From Planctomycetota bacterium (GTDB lineage: Bacteria > Planctomycetota > UBA8108 > SXIK01), in NCBI GenBank assembly GCA_965223845.1, contig CBDCXR010000004.1, forward strand, positions 736,001-800,000: a DNA stretch of 64,000 nt. The letters are read 5' to 3'. Numbering within the stretch: the stretch's first letter is position 1; the number at the start of each line of letters is the position of its first letter. A model generated the notes under the pieces. That model was not told where the DNA came from and made no database searches. It was given only the letters and a program-made list of their open reading frames with translations. Of this stretch, positions 41,909-50,637 are shown in pieces. Made by a program: the position numbers and the translations under genes.

Positions 41909-42778
41909 ATGCCGGACCGCCGGGTTCACATCGCCGTACTCGTCGCCGCCGTCGTCTTTCCGCTCTCGCCATCGCCGTCGACCGCGGGAACGTTTCTTCG
42001 GGGCGAGGTCGACGGGCGCTTCCGCCTCAGCGTCACGGACGCCGTGCACGTTCTCCAATTCCTCTTCTCGGGTCGAACGCTCCCGTGTGAGGACGCCGCC
42101 GACTTCGACGACAGCGGACGCATCGAGATCAGCGACGCCGTCTCGATTCTCCGGTTCGTGTTCGCGGACGGACCGCCCCCGGCGCCGCCCTACCCGGAGC
42201 GGTGCGGAGTCGACCCGACCGAGGATGCGCTCGACTGCGAGACGAGTTTCTTTTCCGGGGACGGATTCGTCTTCGTGATCGATCGCTCCAGCGGCTTCCG
42301 AGCGAGCGGCGGGCTCGCGGCGGCGAAGCGAGAGGTGCTGGGAACGGTGGAAGCGCTCTCGAGCTGCACGCGGTTCGGCGTCGTTTACTTCGACCGCGGA
42401 GTGCTTCGGTATCCATCGTCGGGCATCCCCGTCGCGGGGTCGGGAGAGAATCGCGAATCCGGCGCGGCCTGGGTCGAGGCGGTCGGCGCCGGGAGCGGCA
42501 CCTGCGTTCAGGCGGGGCTTCTCGCTGGGATCGACATGGCGACCAAGGCGGACACTCAGCGGACGGTGATCACTTTCTTCGGCGACGGCAGCGGCACTTG
42601 CCCGGGGTCGAATGAAGCCGCTTACCTCGAGGCGACTCTCACCGCCGTGGCGGAGTCGAACGACGGGCGATTCCCGATCAACGTCGTCGGGCTCACGACG
42701 TCCTCCGGCAACCAGCGTGCGTTCCTGCAGCGCCTCGCCGCGCAGAACGGGGGGACGTTCAGCGTCATTCGCCCGTGA
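41909..42778 (+). CDS. Exported dockerin-like (EF-hand) plus vWA-like protein
   Basis: Signal peptide; FLRGEVDG..DAV..L.FLF, CEDAADFDDSGRIEISDA, CGVDPTED; vWA-like FVIDRSSG, FFGDG, FLQRLAAQNGGTF. Confidence 0.7.
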   Translation: MPDRRVHIAVLVAAVVFPLSPSPSTAGTFLRGEVDGRFRLSVTDAVHVLQFLFSGRTLPCEDAADFDDSGRIEISDAVSILRFVFADGPPPAPPYPERCGVDPTEDALDCETSFFSGDGFVFVIDRSSGFRASGGLAAAKREVLGTVEALSSCTRFGVVYFDRGVLRYPSSGIPVAGSGENRESGAAWVEAVGAGSGTCVQAGLLAGIDMATKADTQRTVITFFGDGSGTCPGSNEAAYLEATLTAVAESNDGRFPINVVGLTTSSGNQRAFLQRLAAQNGGTFSVIRP

Positions 42779-44067
42779 GCGGAGTGAAGAGTCTCGGGGG
42801 TGCGGTCGCCCTCGTCGCGGCGGTTTCGGTCGCCGGACCGGGTGCGGCCGATCAGGTGACGCGCTCGAGCTCCGTCCCCTTTGCGCTCGAACTCACGACC
42901 GCCCACCGGGGTTTCGACGGCCGAACCTGCTGGGTGCACGCCCGAGCCGGTGCGATTCCACCGCACTCGCCCGGAAACGCAACGGCACGTCCGCTCGTGG
43001 TCGTCACGATGCAGAAACTCCTGCTTTCGCGCTCCGACGTTTTCTACGGCATTCACGACACGCTCTCGTCGGACTTGGGTGTCCGATGGACGCCTCCCCG
43101 GGCGCTCGCGACCCTCGATCGTCGGTCGACATCGCCCGGAGTCGTCGCGGTGCCCTGCGATTTCACGCCGAAGTGGCACGCGAAGACCGGCCGCCTTCTC
43201 GGGACGGGCGCGACCTTTTCCTACTCGATCGAAACGAACGACCACGTGCCGCACACGCCGAGCGTCACGCCGTACTCGGTCTACGATCCGGTCGGACGAA
43301 CTTGGAGCGAGTGGAAGTCGCTCGAAATGCCGAAGGAGCCGCGGTTTGAATACGCGCGCGCCGGATGTACGCAGCGGTTCGACCTTCCGAACGGCGAGAT
43401 CCTTCTGCCGATCTACTTCAAGCCGCGACGGGAGAAGTTGTCGACGGCGACGGTTCTGCGGTGCGAATTCGACGGTGAGGTGCTCCGCTACGTCGAGCAC
43501 GGAGACGAGTTCACGCTCCCGTTCGGGCGAGGTTTCTCCGAGCCGTCACTCACGAAGTTTCGCGGTCGATTCTATCTTACGCTGCGAAACGATCGTGCCG
43601 GCTACGTGACGAGCGGGCGGGACGGACTGAGATTCGCTAAGCCGCAAGTCTGGCGCTTCGACGACGGCACCGAGCTCGGCAGTTACAACACGCAGACGCA
43701 CTGGGTGACGCACTCCCGCGGTTTGTTTCTGGCGTACACGCGGCGAGGTGCGAAAAACGACCACGTGTTTCGTCACCGGGCGCCGCTCTTTCTGGCCGAG
43801 GTCGATCCCGAGCGGCTCGTCGTCCGGCGGGGAGCGGAGCGCGTTCTCGTTCCCGAGCGCGGCGCTCGGCTCGGCAACTTCGGTGTGGTCGATGTGTCCC
43901 GCGACGAGACGTGGGTGATCGTCACGGAGTGGATGCAGCCGAGCGGTGTCGAGCGCTATGGGAGCGACGGGAGCGTTTTCGTCGCGAAGATCCGTTGGGG
44001 GGAGCCGAACGAGAACGTCGAAGCTCGCACGGCAGACTCCGCCGCAGCCGGCGCGGGCGACCGATGA
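42775..44067 (+). CDS. BNR/Asp-box (sialidase-like) exported protein
   Basis: Signal peptide; Asp-box SSDLGVRW; NGEILLPIY, FSEPSL, RHRAPL, RLGNFGV; overlaps both neighbours by 4 nt. Confidence 0.7.
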   Translation: MSGVKSLGGAVALVAAVSVAGPGAADQVTRSSSVPFALELTTAHRGFDGRTCWVHARAGAIPPHSPGNATARPLVVVTMQKLLLSRSDVFYGIHDTLSSDLGVRWTPPRALATLDRRSTSPGVVAVPCDFTPKWHAKTGRLLGTGATFSYSIETNDHVPHTPSVTPYSVYDPVGRTWSEWKSLEMPKEPRFEYARAGCTQRFDLPNGEILLPIYFKPRREKLSTATVLRCEFDGEVLRYVEHGDEFTLPFGRGFSEPSLTKFRGRFYLTLRNDRAGYVTSGRDGLRFAKPQVWRFDDGTELGSYNTQTHWVTHSRGLFLAYTRRGAKNDHVFRHRAPLFLAEVDPERLVVRRGAERVLVPERGARLGNFGVVDVSRDETWVIVTEWMQPSGVERYGSDGSVFVAKIRWGEPNENVEARTADSAAAGAGDR

Positions 44068-45077
44068 GCGAGGCGATCGAGCCCTCTCGCTCGCTACCGA
44101 TCGTCGATGTGGCGCCCCTCGTCTCGACGGATGCCCCCGAGCGAGACGTCAGCACGGTCGCGGCCGCCATCGGACGCGCGTGCCGCGATCGCGGTTTCTT
44201 CTACGTCGTCGGGCACGGCGTCGAGGCGACGCTCGGGTCGCGCCTCGAGGATCTCAGCCGCGCATTCTTCGCACAGGATCTCGACACGAAGCTCGCGCTC
44301 GACATGAAGCAGAGCGGTCGAGCCTGGCGCGGGTATTTCCCGGTGGGGCGCGAGCTGACGAGCGGGAAACCAGATCAGAAGGAGGGCCTTTATTTCGGGG
44401 CGGAGCTCGACTCCGTTCACCCTCGAGTCCGCGCTGGCACGCCGCTACACGGCCCGAACGTCTATCCCGACGTCTCGGGGTTCCGCGAAGTCGTGCTCGA
44501 ATACCTCGCGGCTCTCGAAGGACTCGGTCACGCGCTCATGGAAGGGATCGCGCTCAGTCTCGGGCTCGCGCGGAGCTATTTCTACGATCGCTACACGCGC
44601 GACCCGCTCATCCTCTTTCGCATTTTTCACTATCCTCCTCTCGCGTCGGGGACGCCGGCGGACCAGTGGAGCGTCGGCGAGCACACCGACTACGGTCTGT
44701 TGACGATCCTCCGCCAAGACGAGGTCGGCGGGTTGCAGGTGAAAAGCGCGGGAGATTGGGTGAGCGCGCCGCCGATCCGCGGCTCTTTCGTTTGTAACAT
44801 CGGCGACATGCTCGACCGGATGACGGGAGGGCTCTACCGCTCGACGCCGCACCGCGTATTGAACGTGAGTGAACGCGGACGCTTGTCGTTTCCGTTTTTC
44901 TTCGATCCCGACTGGGCGGCGGACGTTCGGCCGATCGCGACGACCGCAGTGATCGACGATGATCGACGCGAACGCTGGGACGCGAGCAGTGTTCACGAGT
45001 TCAGCGGTACGTACGGCGACTACCTTCTCCGCAAGGTGGGGCGCGTGTTTCCGGCGCTCAGCGACGACGTTCTCTGA
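44064..45077 (+). CDS. 2OG-Fe(II) oxygenase, isopenicillin N synthase family
   Basis: LPIVD, GFFYVVGHG, HTDYG (HxD), GLQV, NIGDML, STPHRV, RLSFPFF (RxS). Confidence 0.92.
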   Translation: MSEAIEPSRSLPIVDVAPLVSTDAPERDVSTVAAAIGRACRDRGFFYVVGHGVEATLGSRLEDLSRAFFAQDLDTKLALDMKQSGRAWRGYFPVGRELTSGKPDQKEGLYFGAELDSVHPRVRAGTPLHGPNVYPDVSGFREVVLEYLAALEGLGHALMEGIALSLGLARSYFYDRYTRDPLILFRIFHYPPLASGTPADQWSVGEHTDYGLLTILRQDEVGGLQVKSAGDWVSAPPIRGSFVCNIGDMLDRMTGGLYRSTPHRVLNVSERGRLSFPFFFDPDWAADVRPIATTAVIDDDRRERWDASSVHEFSGTYGDYLLRKVGRVFPALSDDVL

Positions 45078-45472
45078 ACGCCGGCGCGGGCGGGAGGGTG
45101 TACTCCTTTCGTGGTACTCCTCTCAATATCTTCTTGTGATGGGAAGATTGACGACCGACAATTCCTCTCTTCGGAGTTCTAGTTTCGTGCGAGCGAGCGG
45201 CGGACCGGTCCGCGATCGATCCACGGAGTAGTCCCTCAGCAGTTGTTCGGAGGCAGTCGTCGTTCTGGCGTGGTCGCGACAACCTGGTCGCGACGCAGTT
45301 GTGAGATCGGGCCTCTGGGGACCCTGCGCACTCGAGTCGAGTGTCGGTCGTCGCGCGAGCTCTCGTGCGACTCCCGCTCGCGTCGTCGAGTCGCGTTCTC
45401 GGTCGCTCGAGAATTGAGCGGAGTGCGCGCGACGAGTGCGTCCGTGTCTCCGCGACTTAACGGGAGATCACC

Positions 45473-46468
45473 ATGAATCTCGATTCCTGTCGCGAACTGA
45501 AGAAGACCGTCCTCGGCCGAGCGTACCGAGCGATGAGCGAGACGCAGCAAACGCGGAGGTACCTCATCCGAAAGGCGCGATCGAAGGCGAAGAAGGAGGC
45601 GAAGTCCGTCGAGCCGGAGCCGGTCGCCGCCATCGGGGTCGCCCCGTGGGAGGGAAAGAAGCGCGGCTACAAGCTCGCGGTGCGCGTGTTCCGCGGACAC
45701 GAGCGGAATCTGACCCAGCTGCTCAAGGGGCTGGAACGACACCGCGCGGAGGTCGACCTCGTCACGGGCATCCGCTACAAACCGCGCCTCACGGTCCGGG
45801 CCGGCGGGTCGGCCGGCCACTTCAAGATCACCGCGGGAACGCTCGGCGGATTCGTCGAGGACGCGAGCAACTACTACATGCTCTCGAATAACCACGTCTT
45901 CGCGAACAGCAACCAGTGCTTCGAAAGCGACCCGATCGTTCAGCCGGGACCGTCGGACATCACTTCGAGTTTCGACATCATCGGGCGTCTCCACGCCTGG
46001 TTTCCGCTCAGTCGCTCTCGGCGCGATGGAGTGGACGCCGCCATCGCTCGATTCACCGACGAGGTCGATTTTTTCGAGCCGTGGAACTACGCCGGCATCG
46101 GCACGATCCAGCGCCGTCCGGTGTCGAACCGATTCAGCGTGTCTCGCGTGATCAAGCGCGGGCGGACGACCGGCGTCACGCGAGGAACGGTGAGCGCCTT
46201 CGAGCTCGACGGAGTCTCCATCAACTACGGCACGACCGCGGATCCCGCCGTCGTCACCTTCGACGACCAGATCGAGGTCATCGGCTCGCCGCCATCGACG
46301 CCGTTCAGCCAGCCCGGGGACAGCGGATCGTTTATCATCGACCGAGACACGATGCGGCCCTACGCTCTTCTCTACGGTGGGGGCGAGGACAGCGCGGGGA
46401 TCGACCGAACTCTCGCCCACTTCATGCCCGAGGTCCTAAGTAAGATGAACGTCCGACTCGTTCAATGA
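45473..46468 (+). CDS. Trypsin-like (S1, Nal1-like) serine protease without signal peptide
   Basis: TAGTLG, LSNNHV (His), QPG, VDAAIA (Asp), KRGRTTGVT.G, FSQPGDSGS (Ser). Confidence 0.85.
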   Translation: MNLDSCRELKKTVLGRAYRAMSETQQTRRYLIRKARSKAKKEAKSVEPEPVAAIGVAPWEGKKRGYKLAVRVFRGHERNLTQLLKGLERHRAEVDLVTGIRYKPRLTVRAGGSAGHFKITAGTLGGFVEDASNYYMLSNNHVFANSNQCFESDPIVQPGPSDITSSFDIIGRLHAWFPLSRSRRDGVDAAIARFTDEVDFFEPWNYAGIGTIQRRPVSNRFSVSRVIKRGRTTGVTRGTVSAFELDGVSINYGTTADPAVVTFDDQIEVIGSPPSTPFSQPGDSGSFIIDRDTMRPYALLYGGGEDSAGIDRTLAHFMPEVLSKMNVRLVQ

Positions 46469-46698
46469 GCGCCCGAGATCGTTCCATCGTTGCGCTCCGT
46501 GAGGCGAAGGCCGCACTCGTCGAGGAGTTCGGAGAGCGGGAGTGGTTCCGGGGAGCCGGAATCGCTCCCGGTCCGACGGGCCTTCGTCTCCGCCTCAACG
46601 TCGATTCCGAGTACTTGTCGCCCGGGGAAAAGCTGCCCGAGACGTTCCGCGGGCATCCGGTAGAGGTCGTCGAGATCGGGAAGTACGGGCTCCGTTGA
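46465..46698 (+). CDS. Small protein resembling a protease pro-domain, coupled to the protease gene
   Basis: ATGA overlap with the protease stop; RGAGI, LRLNV, LPETFRGHPVEVVEIG. Confidence 0.6.
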   Translation: MSARDRSIVALREAKAALVEEFGEREWFRGAGIAPGPTGLRLRLNVDSEYLSPGEKLPETFRGHPVEVVEIGKYGLR

Positions 46699-46760
46699 GT
46701 CATGCGGCTCAGCTCGCATTCCTCACTCCGACTCGATCGCACCGAGTCGCGAGCCGCCGC

Positions 46761-47525
46761 TTAGATTCTTCCCGATTCGAGCATCTCTCGCTTCAGTCGG
46801 TCCTGATACGCCGCGTGCGCGGCCGAGTCTTCCATCGCGCGTTCGGAGTAGTAGATGAATCCGATGGCGCGGCGAGTTCGATCCGGCGAGCGGTTGCGGT
46901 CCGCGCGGTGAATCGTCAGAGCGTGGTGGACGAGTAGATCGCCGGGCTCCGCGGGAATGGCGACCTCTCTCTCGCGATCGTCCGCCGTGCCGAAGTCGCA
47001 GATTCCTTGTGAGAAACCGAGCGTGTCCGTCCGGCCGTGAGGTCGCATGCCCCCCCGGTGGGAGCCAGGGATGTAGCGCACGCAGCCGTTCCCCTCGTCG
47101 ACGGAATCGAGAGCGATCCACATCGTCACGGCTTCGCACGGCGCGAGCATGAAGTAATGGCCGTCCTGGTGCGGCGGTGTCGCCCGACCGATCCCGGGCG
47201 GCTTGTTGAAGTACTGCACGTTTTTCGGAACGACCCCGCCTTCGAGCAACCGCTCGGCGAGTTCGCGCGGGCGGCCTCGGCGCTGCGCTTCACCGAAGAG
47301 TTCGTCGTGCTCGCCGAGCTGCTGAATCTGCTTGAGCGTCGCCGGGTCGTTTCGATTCTCGAAGAAGACGTGCTCTCGCGGAAGGCTGTCGAGCCGGTCG
47401 CGGATCAAGCGCTCCACTCCGGCTCGCCACGCGTCCACCTCGGCCGTCGAAAGGAAACCGGGAAGACGGACGTAGCCGTCTCGGCGAAAGTCCTCGCGCA
47501 GAGCGTGCGCGTCTCGCGTCGTCAT
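46761..47525 (-). CDS. Phytanoyl-CoA dioxygenase (PhyH) family 2OG-Fe(II) oxygenase
   Basis: FRRDGYV, FNKPPG, PHQDG, WIALD, NGCVRYIPGSH, PGD...H..LTIH. Confidence 0.9.
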   Translation of the reverse strand: MTTRDAHALREDFRRDGYVRLPGFLSTAEVDAWRAGVERLIRDRLDSLPREHVFFENRNDPATLKQIQQLGEHDELFGEAQRRGRPRELAERLLEGGVVPKNVQYFNKPPGIGRATPPHQDGHYFMLAPCEAVTMWIALDSVDEGNGCVRYIPGSHRGGMRPHGRTDTLGFSQGICDFGTADDREREVAIPAEPGDLLVHHALTIHRADRNRSPDRTRRAIGFIYYSERAMEDSAAHAAYQDRLKREMLESGRI

Positions 47526-47661
47526 GGAGCACCTCCGCTGCTCTCGATCCATCGGCCTCGCCTCGAATCGAGGCTCGGAACGGCGGAGTCAATCTATCGA
47601 AGATTGCGCGCGAGCGCCGCTGCGAACGCGAGGAGGAGCGGCCGCCGCACCGAGAGCCTGC

Positions 47662-48567
47662 CTACGCCGGCACCGGCTCCTTCGCGAGGACGGCGTGGAT
47701 GACGAGTGCGAGAAGGCTCGTGGGCGCAGTGCACGATACGCCCGATTGGCGGCGCCGAATGAGGACGAGGCCGCGCTCGACTCCCAGGTCGAGGCGCCAA
47801 GACTCCTGTACGCCGTCCGTCTCGTCGGGTGTGGGCGGCGAGCAATCGCTCGGCACCGGCGTCCACCGGTCGGTGAGCGCGTGTACGTGGGCGAGCCACG
47901 GCTCGTGCTCGACGGCCGAGTCGGTATCCCAACCCCAGAGGGGAGAAAACGTGGCGTCCGCGCCGTCTGCATCCCAGGCCGCGCCGGCGTGAACGTTGAA
48001 GTGCATCGCGAAGAACGGCTCGACGAGACCGATCGCTTCCTCGCGGGTAGCGGCCTTGGTCACCGCGCGCGCGAGTTGCTCGAGCTCGTTGTAATAGTCG
48101 AGTCCGACCCAGCCCGGATCCGTGGTGGACACGGTGAGATGGGTCGGCGTGCGAGCGAGAGCGAGATTCATCACCGAGAGGAGGTCACGGTCGAAATCGA
48201 GAATCGGCTTCGTGATGTAGTCGAACGCGCCGAGGCGAAGCGCTTCGATGGCGCTGTTTACGCTGCCGCAGCCGGTCGCGATGATGATCTCGACGTTCGG
48301 GTCCGCACGCTTGAATCGGCGGAGCAGCTCGAGACCGTCGATCTCGGGCATCGCCAGATCGAGAAGAACGAGATCGAACGCGCCCGATTCAAAGATCGAC
48401 AGCGCGGAATTGGCGCCGTCCGCTGCTGCCACGTCGAAGCCGTGCGATTGCAGGTACAGCTTGAGAGCCTCGCGGATGAAAGCTTCGTCATCGACGACGA
48501 GCACGCGCTGCCGGACGTCGCTGCCGGCGACGTCGAGAGCGGGCTCGGGTTCGCGGTGCTGGGTCAC
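47662..48567 (-). CDS. Response regulator: receiver plus unrecognised C-terminal domain
   Basis: VLVVDDE, LVLLDLAMP, IIATG, GAFDYITKP; no AAA+ or HTH output. Confidence 0.8.
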   Translation of the reverse strand: MTQHREPEPALDVAGSDVRQRVLVVDDEAFIREALKLYLQSHGFDVAAADGANSALSIFESGAFDLVLLDLAMPEIDGLELLRRFKRADPNVEIIIATGCGSVNSAIEALRLGAFDYITKPILDFDRDLLSVMNLALARTPTHLTVSTTDPGWVGLDYYNELEQLARAVTKAATREEAIGLVEPFFAMHFNVHAGAAWDADGADATFSPLWGWDTDSAVEHEPWLAHVHALTDRWTPVPSDCSPPTPDETDGVQESWRLDLGVERGLVLIRRRQSGVSCTAPTSLLALVIHAVLAKEPVPA

Positions 48568-49631
48568 GGCCGGTCGCTCCCCGCCGGTCCATGTCCGGTC
48601 AGACGGTCGATGATCGCTGCCAGATCGTCGATGGGGATGCGTTCGTCCCCTCCGCCGGCCGCGCGCGCGTTCCCGCTCGCGGGAGACGCGCTCTCGCCGG
48701 ATCCCTGGCCCGCGCTGTCGAGGGAAGAGAGGACGCTTTCCCGGACCCGTCCGGCGACTTCGCGAGCAATCTCGAGCGTGACGTGCTGTGGGATCGCGAC
48801 GCCGTCGCCGGAGCCGGCTGGGCGGCTGAGGTGTTCTTTGAGGAGCGTCACGAGCTCCCCGATCTGGTCTTGAAGGTCCGCCCCTTCGGGTGGACTCGCG
48901 CTTTCGCCCGCGTGTGAACCTGCGCTCTCGGAGAGCGGTGTCGAGCGGCGTTCGTTCGACCCGGGAGATCCGCTCTTCTTGCGCGCGAAGCTGCGGGCCG
49001 CGCGCCGAAAAAAACCGGCGCGGGCCGGCTCGGTCGTCGATTCGAGCGGCGGCGGTGCCGATTCACCGGTCGTTTCACCGGGCGGAGCGGTGTCGACCGC
49101 ACCGTCGTCGGGCACGGCCGGGACCGCGGCATCCGTGGCGGAGTCAATCCGCTCGACGCCGGCGAGTTCGTTCGAGCGACGCGTTTCCGGCGCGGGCTCG
49201 GAGGCGCGGACCACCGATGGCGCCAGCGCTTTCGGGCGTCGCGCGAGCGCGGTCTCCCGATTGGAGGCGACCGCTTTCCCGTCCGCGACTTGATCGGTCG
49301 GTGATCGATCCGCTGAAGCGGGTCGGTCGTCCGCTCCCGGCGACGGCGCGCTCGCGGCGTCTTCGCACGGATCGGCTTTTGCGCGCGCGCTCGACTCGCT
49401 CCATGCCGCGCGCGCTGCGTCGAGGTCAGGGAGATTCAGTCGACCGAGCGCGGCTTCGAATTCGTCCGGCTGGAGGTGTTGCCGCCATTCGGCGAGCGCG
49501 GACCCGAGCTCGCGCCACTCTCGCTTCGCCTCGGAGAACAGTCGCCTCAGCTCCGCCACCTTCGCGGTGCGATCGCCGCGTTCGGAAGGAGACTTCGTGT
49601 CGTTCGAGGGACAGCGCGCGCCTGGTTCCAT
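48564..49631 (-). CDS. Hypothetical protein with helical ends and a Pro/Ala/Ser-rich disordered middle
   Basis: Stop overlaps the response regulator start; amphipathic termini. Confidence 0.55.
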   Translation of the reverse strand: MEPGARCPSNDTKSPSERGDRTAKVAELRRLFSEAKREWRELGSALAEWRQHLQPDEFEAALGRLNLPDLDAARAAWSESSARAKADPCEDAASAPSPGADDRPASADRSPTDQVADGKAVASNRETALARRPKALAPSVVRASEPAPETRRSNELAGVERIDSATDAAVPAVPDDGAVDTAPPGETTGESAPPPLESTTEPARAGFFRRAARSFARKKSGSPGSNERRSTPLSESAGSHAGESASPPEGADLQDQIGELVTLLKEHLSRPAGSGDGVAIPQHVTLEIAREVAGRVRESVLSSLDSAGQGSGESASPASGNARAAGGGDERIPIDDLAAIIDRLTGHGPAGSDRP

Positions 49632-50094
49632 CTTCGCCTTTCTCGGAGCGGATGGACGCAGGGCGATGGATCTGTTCTCGGCTGCCGACGGTGCTCGAGC
49701 GAATCCACGGCCTCCCTACGTCAGAGAAATCTATCCCGAAATCGCCGAGTTGTCACAGCGGACGACCCTCGTGTACCGATCCTGGACACGATTCCGAGTT
49801 CTGTTCTCTGCCGGCGCGGTTCGCTGTGGAAGTGCTGGCGCTGCGGGGAGATCCCGGCGTGCGCATCGGGTGCGAGTGCCGCGGCGCCGGTCGAGCTTCC
49901 GCCTACCGTTTTCGGAAGGTCTTTCGCGGTTTTTGCGTGGCGGGGAAAGAGCGGTCCGCGGCTTGCTACGGAGGGTATCTTGTCCCTTCGATCCGACGCG
50001 TTCCGTGACGGGCAGCCTCGGATCTCTCGCTCACGGTCGTCCGTCCGACGTCGGGCGTCCGTTTCGCTTCGATCGCAAACCCCTAGGTCCCGAC

Positions 50095-50607
50095 ATGGCC
50101 GAGCCGAATCCATCCCACCAATCCAGAATCTTCTTCGAGGAGGTGAGCGGGAACGCTGGTGATTTCCTCCACGAGCTCAGCGATCCAAACCTCCTGCGCA
50201 ATCGTGAGATTCCCGTGTCGGCCAAGACCGAGCTGCGCCGCCATCAGGTCGCTCGCCTCCAAGCGACCATCTCCGTCCTCTCGGAGAAGCGTCGGGAGTT
50301 CAACCGTCGCATGGACGAGTATGTGCAGAACCTCGAGAAGCTCGTCGAGAATCTCGAGTCGGAGCTTCCGATCGAGCCCGAAGCTGAGGATGCGACGGAC
50401 TCGAGTGGCTGCACGCGCGTGTGCTGCCTACACTGCGAAACGGAGCGCTGCTTCGAGGAGCTCAATGTCGTCTTCGCGCGAGAGTCCGAAGAGTCGCTCG
50501 AGCAACCGACGGAGCTCTACGTGCTCGAAAAGGGCAGCTTGAAGAAGGGCCACTTCCGCTGCGTGGTGTGCGGCACCGAGAGCCTGGTGATCAAGGCGGC
50601 TACGTAA
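50095..50607 (+). CDS. Hypothetical coiled-coil plus Zn-ribbon-like protein
   Basis: ATG 50095; heptad region, then CLHC...CVVC. Confidence 0.6.
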   Translation: MAEPNPSHQSRIFFEEVSGNAGDFLHELSDPNLLRNREIPVSAKTELRRHQVARLQATISVLSEKRREFNRRMDEYVQNLEKLVENLESELPIEPEAEDATDSSGCTRVCCLHCETERCFEELNVVFARESEESLEQPTELYVLEKGSLKKGHFRCVVCGTESLVIKAAT

Positions 50608-50637
50608 CCGAGTCGTCGTCGCGGGCGGGCGAGATCG

